Positions 26,906 to 40,024 of a stretch of 64,000 nt of DNA are shown piece by piece. The stretch comes from Octopus vulgaris (Eukaryota), in assembly GCA_951406725.2 (NCBI GenBank), contig OX597830.1, forward strand, positions 33,728,001-33,792,000, written 5' to 3'. The position numbers were made by a program, and so were the translations under genes. Each line of letters opens with the position of its first letter. The first letter of the stretch is position 1. The notes beneath the pieces are model-generated. The model saw nothing but the letters and a program-made list of their open reading frames with translations, was not told where the DNA came from and did not search any database.

Positions 26906-27232
26906 AAATGCATGTTGGGTAGAAGGTAAGTACAAAATGGAAATGAAGCAATGGTTATCTCTTAGAGCTTTAAGATTTTGGCTTTAAAAATCATTTGATT
27001 GAAGAAAATATTTACTAAGCAAGTTCTGACCGAAACTGTTATGTAGAGATGAGGGTGACGGTGGCAACCACTGATGAGAAGAGTTTTATTAGCCTTTGCA
27101 GATATTACAGCTCTTGTGTCTATTGTTGATTGAAGAATTAATTTATTAATAACAATGGTCACCTCAACCATTTTGTTGCTATATTTCTGCGGAAATCTAC
27201 TACATTTAAATCAAGTTGATAAAATCATCATT

Positions 27233-27738
27233 AGACATCACCTGCTCTTTCCTCATCTTATAGGAACTACACCTGATGTTCTCAAGCATCACACATCTGA
27301 TAACAGATAGTTTCTAACTGAGCTGCTCAGTGATGGCACTCGTCAACCTGTTGGCATTTTTACTGCCAATACCCTGAACCTTCTGGACAAACTTGGCAAT
27401 CCTTGATGAGATTTAAAACTCTGGGAGAACGTTTTGTCTCTTGGCAACAGACATGACCTTATAGAAGTCTTCAGCACATTGCTAACCTCAGACACAAAGC
27501 ACTCAGTTATCTTTAAAGAAAGTGGGGATCTCTAAGTCTCTGCATTTTTAGCTACAGCAACGAGCATGTGTTGCCCTTTTGTTTCCTGTGTCATTGGCCA
27601 TAGTGATGCTGTTGATACAATTGAAAAAGTAATGAGAAAATTAAAATTTGGTGCATACTCTTTGACCTCTGTGACATTTAGATCTTCAAATTAAGGAAAG
27701 CAAAAATTTCGGTCACAAATACTTGACACAGACACTAT
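27233..27738 (-). pseudogene. 5' part of a decayed maT/DD37D-type Tc1/mariner transposon
   Basis: Frameshifted minus-strand blocks MTQETK, KFVQKVQGI and SVIRCVMLENIRCSSYKMRKEQVMS resemble maT N-termini. TIR-like gtcacaaatactt near 27712. Confidence 0.6.
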
Positions 27739-28029
27739 GTGTGTGTGTGTGTGCATGTGTGTGTTCATATGCCTTTATGCTTGTTCCATCCCCCTCCACC
27801 ACTTGACAACTGTAATGGTTTGTTTGTGTCCCTGTGACCAAAAGAGTTCAGCAAAAGAAACAAGTAAGACGAGTCCCAATTTCTGTGTGTGTGTGTGTCG
27901 TGTTTGTGAGTGTGTGTATGAGTGTGTTTATAAGTGTGTGTGTATTTTTGTTTACATCCAAAAGACACTTGACAATCAAACATGCTTTGTACTACCTAAG
28001 ATAATAATAAGAACATATATTTATACCAG

Positions 28030-28555
28030 ACCCATGAAAAATATGTTGACAATTTCAAACATGCATAAGGGGCCACTTTGTATCAGGTCAAGATGACCGG
28101 AACTGCCAATGAACCTTTTGAAGCCATTGCTGGTGCTATTGAGGGAAACACACTGTTTTCTTTACATTTTGTGTTGGTGATTAATTAATTTATGGAGAAA
28201 TTTTCGAAGGGAAGAATTTCTGGAATATAATAGAAGAATAATAAAGATGCTAGCTGATTCTGATCTAGATGAAGTCGCTGCCCTAGTGATGATTACAAGA
28301 ACAACAGAAGAAATGCAACTAATATTGGATAGTTGAATAAAAGAGGGAAGCGGTGATGGTCTGGTTATTAACTGTTCAAAGGCAGAAATGATGAATATAA
28401 ATTATGCCAATCCCTTCTAATTGCAGTATAGAAAGAAAAATAATTAAGATCACTTGACACTTGGAGTATTTGAAGACTGTGATTGTAAATAATGGCTGGC
28501 TTGGTTTGGAAGGTGGAGAAAGAAGTAGAAATAAAGAGAATAATAGGCAATGAGC
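28030..28555 (+). pseudogene. Decayed RTE-clade reverse transcriptase fragment
   Basis: EPFEAIAGAIEGNTLFSLHFVLVIN*FMEK (GVxQGxxLSP-like block) and LADSDLDEVAAL..TEEMQLILDS*IKEGSGDGLVINCSKAEMM (YADD and GLxINxxKT-like blocks). Confidence 0.7.
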
Positions 28556-28591
28556 ATGTTGAAATTTATGTGGATGTCCAGTTGTTTCTTG

Positions 28592-28780
28592 ACATCATCA
28601 TCTTCATCATCATCCTCATAGGTTCTACGTCCACTTTTATTCATGCTGACATGAGTTAGACAAGACTTCCTGAGGTAGTACTCTACATCATCATCTTCCT
28701 CATCATCCTCATAGGTTCTACGTCCACTTTTATTCGTGCTGACATGAGTTAGACAAGACTTCCTGATGTAGTACTCTACA
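28592..28780. repeat. 93-bp tandem duplication of an old family D tail
   Basis: acatcatcatcttc...gtagtactct occurs twice with very few differences. Confidence 0.9.
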
Positions 28781-28927
28781 GCAGGATGCTCTTCCTGATG
28801 TCAACCTTTCTTTTCAATGAGGCACGTTGTTCTATGTCTTCAAACATTGAACCACTGAGTAAGATGTTTTGTTTATGGGGAACCAAGTTATGTCATCACT
28901 ACCCAAACTGCGAAAATGTAAATGGAG

Positions 28928-28967
<40 letters not shown>

Positions 28968-29063
28968 ACACACATACACACACATGCATGCACATGCGCA
29001 CTCACATGAAAATGTGTGGGCTTACATCCTTTCCTTTACTGTGTGGCAAGAAACTTGCTTCTC

Positions 29064-29297
29064 AAGGCAGCGAGCTGGCAGAAATGTTAGCACACCGGGC
29101 GAAATACTTAGTGGTATCTCATCTGTCTTTACGTTCTGAGTTCAAGTTCCGCTGAGGTCAACTTTGCCTTTCATCCTTTCGGAGTTGATAAATTAAGTAC
29201 AGTTACGCACTGGAGTCGATCTAATCGACTTACTCCCTTTGACTGTCTTTGTTTGTCCCCTCTATGTTTAGCCCCTTGTGGACAATAAAGAAATAAG
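29064..29297 (+). mobile_element. Family B SINE nested in a family A head
   Basis: TSD aagaaacttgcttctcaa at 29048-29065 and 29295-29312. Confidence 0.92.
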
Positions 29298-29344
29298 AAA
29301 CTTGCTTCTCAATCCCATGGTTTTGGCTTCAATCCTACAGCATG

Positions 29345-29603
29345 ATCATGATCATCATCATCATCATTTAACGTCAGTTTTCCATGCTAGCATGGGTTGG
29401 ACGGTTCGACCGGGGTCTGGTAAGCCATGGAGGCTGCACCAGGCTCTAGTCTGATTTGGCAGTGTTTCTACAGCTGGATGCCTTTCCTAACGCCAACCAC
29501 TCCGTGAGTGTAGTAGGTGATTTTTACGTGCCACCGGCACAGGGGCCAAAGAAGGCTGGCAAACGGCCACGATCGGTTGGTGCTTTAACGTGTCACCGAC
29601 ACA
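29345..29603 (-). mobile_element. Family D element
   Basis: (cat)n tttaacgtcagttttccatgctagcatggg...gctggatgcctttcctaacgccaacc. Confidence 0.87.
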
Positions 29604-30223
29604 GATTCCTTGGGCAAAATTCTTCTACTATAGCTCTCTCTCTCTCTCATGACACTTGATTTCTTTCATTAAACTTCTTTCTATCTCACCCAATGTGGGC
29701 AGGTGGGCAGGAAGAGAGTTGTCTCTTTATGCAGTTATCAATTTGGATAACACCCTCTCTTCCTAAGCTCACAGGCTCTCCTTGTTTTGTCCTCATCCTC
29801 TCTCAGAATTAATATATATTTTCTACCAACAATACTCTACCATTCCTCCTCCTCCTCCTCCTTCTCCACCCCTCCCACCTCTTTAAACCCTATCAGTAAA
29901 TCAGCCTCCCTCTCATCCACTTTACCTCTCTATGCCACACTCTATCTCTTTCTCTCTCTCTCTCTCTATCCCCCTCCCCCTCTCTCTCTCTCACTTATGT
30001 TGCTCACCTATGTGTCTAGTCTTTGTATACTGTAGACCAGTCAGACCAGTTACGTCAGCAGGTAATAAAAAAAACAAAAAAAAAACTACGAACATAACAA
30101 AGATAAATCATATAAAACAACAAACAGTACCACACCTTGGTTGAAGTAGTTAAACTACATAAAACGAGGAAGAGAAAGACATTAGACAGAGGCATACATT
30201 ACACAAGTATGTGTGTGCGTGAA

Positions 30224-30258
<35 letters not shown>

Positions 30259-30336
30259 TATAATATTCATATAAATCTATATACATTCTGTGCATGTGTG
30301 TATCGTAAATATACATATATATATATACACATATAC

Positions 30337-30420
<84 letters not shown>

Positions 30421-31087
30421 GTATGTATATATATTGAAGTATTGAACATGTGCGTGTTGTGCATATTCATTCATATATGTTCGCATTTATAGTTTTGCCG
30501 TGCATGCAATTTCATTCCCTTACATTAACCTCAATTCACCTGTCATTTTGACCTCTTTATTCATATTAACTATTTAAAAGATTATACGTATCCAAATGCA
30601 CAGACATGCAAGCAAACAGTGCATTTGGATATCTGTCTTCGTTGAAGGTCAATATCAGTTTAAACCAATGCTGAAGGAGTACTTGGTCATGTTTGGTCGT
30701 ATTTGTTATGGCTTGGTTGTATATGTCTTGTACGTTTGAAAACAAAAATAAAATTAGTTTGGTTTTTTTTTTTTTTATCAATTTTAAGTTTTGAATATTT
30801 GGTATTCTTCTATGCATTCAAACACACACACACACATACATGCATACTAGGTCTGATCAATAAGTATCCGGATTACCCATGCTAAATCCCATCTGTTCCA
30901 TATGTAGGTGCAGTGCGGCAGATTAGTTAAGAAGTTTGTCTTCTGACCATGAGGTCCCAGGTTCAAAAACACTGTATGACATCATGGGTAAATATCATTA
31001 CTTATTCTATCATAATAACTGATAAATTATGGGTGATTTAAACAAACCAGTACTGGGTTTTGCTGGGGGAACATACACATGAATGTA

Positions 31088-31495
31088 TTCGGTTGTCCGG
31101 AAAGTTTGTGCCAATTTATAGTAGCTTAACTTTCGACTTATCTTAAAACATGGTTGAGTTCATAAAATAGGATTTGACTACATCTTCATTTAGAGCACAG
31201 TTTAAGCTATCTTTTCAGGGAAGAATGTTTATGTTCCTATAACCTGTGTTAATTCTGTAATCCTTTAAAATGGAAGATAAGAAAATTCATTTTAGGCACT
31301 TGATGTTTTGGGAACCAGACAAAAATTGCTACAGCTCGGCTGGGATGTGTTACCCCACCCTCCATATTCACCAGATATTGTTCCTTTGGATTTTCACTTA
31401 TTCAGGTCTCTGCAGAATAGTCTTAATGGTAAAAATTTCAATTCCTTGAATGACGCAAAAAGATACCTTGATGAATTCTTTGCCATGAAACCACT
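31088..31495 (+). mobile_element. Internally deleted mariner element
   Basis: TA|ttcggttgtccggaaag left end; ATG at 31270 MEDKKIHFRHLMFW joined to TRQKLLQLGWDVLPHPPYSPDIVPLDFHLFRSLQNSLNGKNF. Confidence 0.88.
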
Positions 31496-31934
31496 GACAT
31501 TATTCATTTGATGTAGTCATATAAGAGTAGTGACATAATGATTACAACAATTTAATCAGAATCTCAACAGCAGCTTTCTTACTGGAAAATATAGTTTCAA
31601 TACCAAACAGTATGTTCAGTCTGAGTGACTGCACTGCTTCAAAACAATAATTAAGCAAGTGCTGGGAATTACAGATATATACAGATTAATGAAATGATTG
31701 CATTGTTCAATTAAATGGAGTTGCATGAAACGATCGTACTGCATTACCTCTGGATATCCTTGTTGCTTGTTTTGATTTTAATCACCTTATTTTGAAATTG
31801 TATGGACAATACCGTACTAAATTCTGTTGCCTCAACTTAAGTACCATATTCATCTGAATCAAAATTTTTCCCATTCTACATGCATACATCCACATACACA
31901 CATGCACCACACACATACTCATGCACACACATCT

Positions 31935-32175
<241 letters not shown>

Positions 32176-32547
32176 TGTGTATATACACATATAGAAATGT
32201 GTATCTATACATATGTCAGTACTTTTTTTTTTTTGCTGTGAAGACACAAAAGTGATGCAGTAGATGAGAGTTTTGTTTGACAGATCCCTTGCTCGAAACT
32301 GTAGAACTCTCCCGTCATTTATCTATCTTCACAGCCAATAAATAAAGAACTAGATATGTGGTTTTATGTGCTGAGAAGAGTTCTACTTTCCTTGTTTGTG
32401 CACACTCATATTTACACAGACATATACAGACCATACATAAATATATTCTTTATACACACTCAGACATACTCTCACATACAGAAGCATCATGCATCTAACT
32501 CACACACACATATGGTAAATAAAACAGTTTGTGTGTGTGTGTGTGTG

Positions 32548-32585
<38 letters not shown>

Positions 32586-33177
32586 TGTGTGTGTGGGTGT
32601 GTGTGTGGGTGTGTGTGTGAGTGTGTAAGCATTTATGTATTTGTTTATTAACTATATGCTCTCAGACACTTCGGAATGCTTTATTCAACACACCTTATTT
32701 TCTCAGCATAAAACAATAACAAAATATATATACATATATGAATATATATACAGAAATAAAAAAAAGAAAAACAACAGGAGAGGGCGAAAAAAATTATGTC
32801 AATTGCTGTAACAATACTGAAAAGAAACAAACATTATTGCCACACATACACGCACACTTTGACACATTTATATACACTCACATGTAAACTTGATCAAATA
32901 TACAGACACTGAGCCGGATATAGACTCACTGAGAAACGTGTACATATACATACACAAAGACACATATACATATGTTAATGATTTTTCTCTTTATTTTTTT
33001 ATCTGTATGCATGTATGGAAGGGAGGATCTGTTTTTAGTTTGTGTAGCAGGCTTCATATCATTAAAAACTAAAGCTTGGATTAGTCAAAGGGGTAAGAAT
33101 TGTTCTTAATTTTCTTCATTCTTAATCCTGTTACTCTCTATTTATTGATGCGGTTCCTGTACACATAAATATCTATA

Positions 33178-33220
<43 letters not shown>

Positions 33221-33494
33221 GGATATAAATACGAATGTGTGTCTTTGTGAATGGGTATATATCCATGAGTTAACGTGTGTACTTGTATTTATTAGTCACC
33301 GTTTTACATTGTGGAAGTGACTGTAATAGTACAAGTGGTGGTTAACCGGCGCCTTATATAATGTCAACAGTAATTCAAGCTTCTAGTGAACCAAAATTTT
33401 CAGTATCTTCTTACTTTCTGCTGTTATTTCTCAAGTTTTGGATTTATTATTATTCCTTTGTGAACAGCTTTGTATTTTTACTTGTATCAATATT

Positions 33495-33715
33495 CTTTTT
33501 TACTCTAGGCACCAGGCCCAAACTTTTTGGGGAGCGAGGGGGGGGGGCAGTCGATTAGATCAACTCCAGTACACAACAGGTACTTAATTTATCAACCCTG
33601 AAAGGATGAAAAGTAAAGTCGACCTCAGCAGAATTTGAACTCAGAACGTAAAGACGGATGAAATACCACTAAGCATTTCACCCAGCGTGCTAACATTTCT
33701 GCCATCTCACAGCCA
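33495..33715 (-). mobile_element. Family B SINE
   Basis: TSD cttgtatca(a/g)tatt at 33481-33494 and 33720-33733. Confidence 0.87.
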
Positions 33716-33743
33716 TTTTCTTGTATCAGTATTAATTACTCTT

Positions 33744-33958
33744 AAGGTGATGAGCTGGCAGAATCGTTAGCACACTGGATGAAATGCTTAGCAGCAATCC
33801 TTCTGTCTTTACTTTCTGAGTTCAAATTCTGCTGAGGTCAACTATGCTTTTCATCCTTTCAGGATTGATAAAATGAGTACCAGTTGAGCACTGGGGTTGA
33901 TGTAATCGGCTTACCCCTCCCCTGAAATTACTGGCCTGGCGCCAAAATTTGAAACTGA
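33744..33958 (+). mobile_element. Family B SINE
   Basis: 14-bp TSD tattaattactctt at 33730-33743 and 33959-33972. Confidence 0.9.
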
Positions 33959-34139
33959 TATTAATTACTCTTCGTCATGGCCTGAATGTTACATAATTTT
34001 ATTTGATCTTGTTTATGAATCAGAACCCTTGTTCTGTTGGGTGATTGAAGTCACTATTGTCAGCTTTTTAATATTATATCAAATATTAGTGTTCCAGGGC
34101 AAATAATGCAGTAACTAGATGTATGATTTAATTGTTGAT

Positions 34140-34770
34140 TAGACAGGCTATTCCTGATCCAGTAGAAAATCTATGATCAATGATGACTATTCCATCTTTT
34201 ATTCATTCCTCATGTATCTATGATGATATTATTCAACATGTTAACTTCTTTCAGAACAGACTATGAATTGAGGGAGATATTACAGCTATTTCTAGCATGT
34301 TAAATATCTTTGTAGAAGTTCTTTCATTTCTGTACTTTTGTTGTTTAAGTGCAGGTCAGACTTGACCAAGTTAACTGAAGATCAATTTCAATCCAGCCAT
34401 ACACATCCTGTTTGCTTTCTCAGATATTATGTATCTAGAATTATCTCATTTTCTGTCTTTTATTTATTTTCTTTTTCTGACACAAGGTTTGAGATTTGTT
34501 GGAAATCATGTACTATTTGTTCATTGTTGAGTGACTCTATTTTCACTCTCTTGTAGTTTATGTTATTCTCAGGTCTTGATCAAGCAGAACTATGATCAAA
34601 GATCTTCTAGCCATGACCATTCCATTTTTCTTTCAGGTATTGAATTGTAACTCTAGGACTACTTTATCAAAGTTGGATTTTTTTAAAAAGTTATAGGATA
34701 TAATAAGAACAAGTTTTAGCAGTTCTTTCTTACAAATTGATCATCAACCATGTGGAAGAAATCTTGACTT
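34140..34770 (+). repeat. Three old tandem copies of an unclassified repeat of about 200 bp
   Basis: Motif tgatcaagcaga.ctatgatcaaa..ccagccatgaccat.ccat...tctaggactac recurs near 34153, 34360 and 34575, and also near 20350 and 35149. Confidence 0.55.
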
Positions 34771-35340
34771 TTCAATGTCCTAGTTTCACTTTCAGGTCTA
34801 CAACCATTTCACTGAACAAAATAATTGCCAGTGAAAGCCACAAAAATATCTTATTTCCTTTTGCTTTATGAATATACAATCTTGAAGCTATGAATGACAA
34901 AAAAAAAAAAAAGTTATTAAGGAGCGTAAATAAAATTTTCATAGAAATTAACTGTTGCTCATCTGCTTTTGAATTTGAAATTACACCAAGTAAGACTTTA
35001 CTTTCAGTTTCTCAAGGGTTGGTGAAATAAGTACCATACTTCTATTTAAGTTAGATGAATCATCTAGGATACTTTTAAAGGACTGTTGTCTTATGCTAAT
35101 GCTTGAATAAATATTTTTAACTATGTTACCATACAGCAGAATGTCTGTCCTGATCAAAGAGGCTTATGATCAAACTTATTCTGTTCTCATCCTGTCCCAT
35201 TTTAGCCAGACACTGTGTACCTAGGATCACATTAGCTAATGTAGTCTTGCTTTAATTCTAAGTGAGTAGAGTACGAGGAAAACTTTACTTCCTTTTCTCA
35301 TCCTGTCATGATATTACTTAATATTTCTTGTGCAGTTCTT

Positions 35341-35397
35341 CAGACCAAAGCCTTGTGAGTGGATTTGGTAGACAGAAACTGAAAGAAGTCCATCGTA

Positions 35398-35470
<73 letters not shown>

Positions 35471-35668
35471 ATATATGTTTGTGTGTCTGTGTTTGTCCCC
35501 CCAACATCGCTTGACAACCGATGCTGGTGTGTTTAATTCCCTGTAACTTAGCGGTTCAGCAAAAGATACTGATAGAATAAGTACTAGTCGATTTGCTCGA
35601 CTAAAGGTGGTGCTCCAGCATGGCCACAGTCAAATGACTGAAACAAGTAAAAGAGTAAATGAGTAAAG
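35341..35668 (+). mobile_element. Family A SINE, 5'-truncated
   Basis: gaccaaagccttgtgagtggatttggtagac...ggtggtgctccagcatggccacagtcaaatgactgaaacaagtaaaagag. Confidence 0.9.
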
Positions 35669-36196
35669 ACTAAATCAAATATATTTTTCAGTTTGTCTGC
35701 TAGAAGATGGGCCAAATTCACTGACCAGTTTAACATCACCTTTGCTTGCCAATGTAACAAACCCTATTTAGCAATACCAGTTAGCAATACCAGTTAAATT
35801 TTCCTCAAATTTTAAGCTGGTGTTTTCCTAAAAAGTTTCTTTACATAACGTAGTCCGTATGACAAACAATGCTGTTCCTGTTATACATCAAGATGAATTC
35901 GTCATTGATAGACTGCACTTTATCATAAATCTCCTCAATCAAGACAAAGTTGGTGCTTCGTAATAAATGTCATCACATTCAATCTCTCTCATTCTTTCTA
36001 CCCGTCTATAAACATGCACATATACGAGGCATTTCACTAAGTAATATCCATACACTCTTCAAAAATACTTATTGTCCATATTCCATGCTAGCATAGGTTG
36101 AATGGTTTGATAAGATCTGATAGGTCAAAATGACTGTGTCAAGCTTCAATATTAGTTTTTTTGCATAGTTCCTAGTTGCCATTGCAAATCTTAACC

Positions 36197-36356
36197 TATT
36201 TCTTTATTACCCACAAGGGGCTAAACACAGAGGGGACAAACAAGGACAGACATAGGTATTAAGTCGATTATATCCACCCCAGTGCGTAACTGGTACTTAA
36301 TTAATCGACCCCGAAAGGATGAAAGGCAAAGTCAACCTCGGCGGAATTTGAACTCC
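36197..36356 (-). mobile_element. Family B SINE, 5'-truncated
   Basis: Tail and core gaccccgaaaggatgaaaggcaaagtcaacctcggcggaatttgaactc. Confidence 0.88.
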
Positions 36357-36609
36357 AAGTTTACTGTTTTTGTAGCAAAAGGGCTCAAAAGGAAAGACCA
36401 TTTAGTTGGGTGGAGTGGAGCATCAAGGAAGGTGGAAGGTGTTGAGAGGTAACAGAGTAATAACAGAGGGAGAGAGGAACAAGTGTTTTGCTGTAGAGGA
36501 GATGCATGGGTACCCTGGCTGGGAAAGGAGAGAAGATGATGGTAGTGATGAGGTATCGGGATACACCCACTAAGTACAAAAGGTTGAAATATACATATGT
36601 TTACGTGCA

Positions 36610-37080
<471 letters not shown>

Positions 37081-37685
37081 GTACACAAGTATATGTATCT
37101 AGATGAGGAAAATAAAAGCAACCAAATACAATATTTCAAAAAAGTGCTTGCCATATTTTAATGTTTTTCTCACCACTATTTTATGACTGGCAGTAATTAA
37201 CAATATTTAATTAGTTTCAACTATGCTGACCTCGTTACTACTATGTCATCAGAATTACTGCTGCTACAACCTACAACCAGCAACAACCCTATCTCCAGCA
37301 AAAAAATTTCACTACACCACATAAAAACAATTAACAATACCATTGTGTCTAAGCACCAATAACCTCAACCATAACAGTGAAAGCAACACAGAAACACTAA
37401 AGCACTGGCGTATTGAACCTTGTTACATATGTCACCACACACTTTGACTTGGACTTCACAGTTGATAAACTTGGTAACAGCCATGCCCTGATAAACAGCT
37501 GTGTTTATTAGGGCATGGCTTGGTAGATCATGTGACGACAACCTTGTATCTGTTTCTGTACGTGCATACATATATACATGTACACACACTCAAGTACACA
37601 CACATATACACATACACACACACATATATATATATATACATATGCACACACTCAAGTACACACACACACATATATACACATACAA

Positions 37686-37716
<31 letters not shown>

Positions 37717-37717
37717 A

Positions 37718-37934
37718 CAGCTATACATACATATAGCTGCATTAAGACAAAATTTAATTAAATTAAAACAGAAATGTGATACGTAGGTATATATGCATAT
37801 GCATATATATATATATATATATAATATATATGTATATATATATATATATGCATATGCATATATACCTACGTATCACATTTCTGTTTTAATTTAATTAAAT
37901 TTTGTCTTAATGCAGCTATATGTATGTATAGCTG
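37718..37934. repeat. Perfect 102-bp inverted repeat with a 13-nt spacer
   Basis: 37718-37819 is the exact reverse complement of 37833-37934. The ORF track gives [22 protein letters not shown] on both strands. Confidence 0.95.
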
Positions 37935-37940
37935 CATAGA

Positions 37941-37972
<32 letters not shown>

Positions 37973-38081
37973 TGTATGTGTATATATGTGTGTGTGTGTC
38001 TATATATATAGATATATATGTATATACATATACACATATACACACATATATATATACATATATATATATATACATATATGT

Positions 38082-38138
<57 letters not shown>

Positions 38139-39153
38139 TATATGCATATTCACACATACATATATATATATACACATATACACACATAGACAGACAGACA
38201 GACAGATGGATAGAGAGATAGATAAATAAACAGGTAGATGTATAGATGGATAGATTAATGGATAGATTGGTAGATAGATGGATAGCTAGATGGACAGACA
38301 GACAGATAGATAGATAGATGGATAGCTTGATGGATAGATCAATGGATGGATGGATATAAAAAGAGATAGATACACACAAGAAAATCACTACATCAGATCA
38401 AATAAGCTCTTAAACAAACTGAAAAATCCTGCAGAAGAAGATTTTATTAGGTTTTTGCTAAATGAGAAAAACTTCAACCAAGATCAAAAAGTTAACAGAA
38501 GAAATGATAGATGGCTATGTGCAGACCCTTACGAAGTTCCAAATGTTATGCATTCAAAATTTCCTGCAACTGTCATGGTTTTAAGGGTTGTCAGTAATGA
38601 AGGACATGTTATGCCTCCTTACTTCATTCTACAACGCCTTAGAGTTAACTCTGCCACCTACATTGAGGTCCTGGAAATAACTGTTAAGCTATGGATAGAC
38701 AGTGGATGCAATGGAAGGCCAAATTTTTTTCAGTAAGACTCTGCGCTATCACACATGGCTCTAGTAACACAAGAATGGATGGCTGGAAATTTTTATGATC
38801 GTATAACCAATGCAGTTTGGTCTCCTGATTCCCCAGATCTCAATCCATTGGATTATTACATGTGGAGCATTGTTGAGAGAGAGGTCAGTGAACATGCCCA
38901 TAAGACCAAAGATTCTTTGAAAGATGCCATAGTCAGAATAATGTTCAAAATGTATCAGGACCATTTGATTTGAGCTTGTAAATGATTTAGATCTCATATA
39001 CAAGCAGATGTTGAAGATGAAGATGGCTTTATTGAATAATATTATAGAAAAGAAGGTTTATTTTACAGTTCTGTATTTGAGAGATGAGGAATTATGTACA
39101 TTATTTACATTATTTACATTTGACGGATATTTGTCCTCATCTTGTTTGTTGTT

Positions 39154-39199
39154 AACTCAACTTTTCGGCTGATATACCCTCCAGCCTTCATCAGGTGCC
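39154..39199 (-). ncRNA. Minimal type I hammerhead-like motif (degenerate)
   Basis: Minus strand: ggcac CTGATGA a ggctg-gagggtatat-cagcc GAAA agtt gagtt. Confidence 0.65.
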
Positions 39200-39247
39200 T
39201 TGGGGGAAATTTCAAACCTGGGTTCTCATTCCTAAAGTATTTTTCGA

Positions 39248-39286
<39 letters not shown>

Positions 39287-39456
39287 TATTCAGGTCACTG
39301 CCTGGAATTGAACTGAAAATCTTGGGGTTAGTAGCCCACGGTCTTAACCACTACGCCATGGTCATATGGCGTAGTGGTTAAGAGAGCAGTCTACTAACCC
39401 CAAGATTCCAATTTCCATTCTAGGCAGTGACCTGAATAATAATAATAATAATAATG

Positions 39457-39507
<51 letters not shown>

Positions 39508-39566
39508 TTTACAACAACATGAAGAAATACCTTAGGAATGAGAACCTAAGTTCTAAATTTCCCCAA

Positions 39567-39609
39567 GACACCTGATGAAGGCTGGAGGGTATATCAGCTG
39601 AAATGTGTT
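39567..39609 (+). ncRNA. Minimal type I hammerhead-like motif (degenerate)
   Basis: gacac CTGATGA a ggctg-gagggtatat-cagct GAAA t gtgtt; stem I gacac/gtgtt; the stem III region is deleted. Confidence 0.6.
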
Positions 39610-40024
39610 AGCAACAAAGAAGATGAGGACAAATATCCGTCAAATGTAAATAATGTAAATACCATAAGGTTTATTTTAATCCTCATAGCATATTTTTGAT
39701 AAATAATTATTATCTGTTATTATGTATCTGTTTTTTATAAACATAAATCTGTCCCCAAATACCTTATGCACCCTGTATACTTGTATCATATAATGCAAAG
39801 GATACGGATTCTCATACCCTCCCACCTCTGTATATCGGTTTCTGGTGACCTATAAACAAAGGTACTAATGCTTCTATATTTGCTCATGCTTACACACCCA
39901 TGCAGCATCTCATGCATACACACATGCTTACACACACACACTCACATACACACACACACACACACACATACCAGACCATGACTCTTATGCAGACACTGAA
40001 ATGCATACCCTCTTCCATATGTGT

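Larger units (their letters stand above)
39066..39665. mobile_element. Palindromic tRNA-headed, hammerhead-bearing non-autonomous retroelement (putative PLE-dependent SINE dimer)
   Basis: Arms 39103-39359 and 39366-39660 are inverted around a 6-nt spacer. 13-bp TSD aaggtttatttta at 39053-39065 and 39666-39678. A-box tggcgtagtgg; B-box gttcaattcc on the left arm. Confidence 0.85.
38374..39775 (+). mobile_element. 3' part of a maT/DD37D transposon (transposase pseudogene and right TIR)
   Basis: NEKNFNQD, KFPATVMVLRVVSNEGHVMPP, FQ*DSALSH then 37 residues to WSPDSPDLNPLD; ends tgcaccctg|TA. Interrupted at 39066-39665. Confidence 0.9.

Noticed and set aside
39291-39434. Pair of true tRNA genes
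   Set aside because: No proper acceptor stem or oligo-T terminator; both run into the element body, as SINE heads do.
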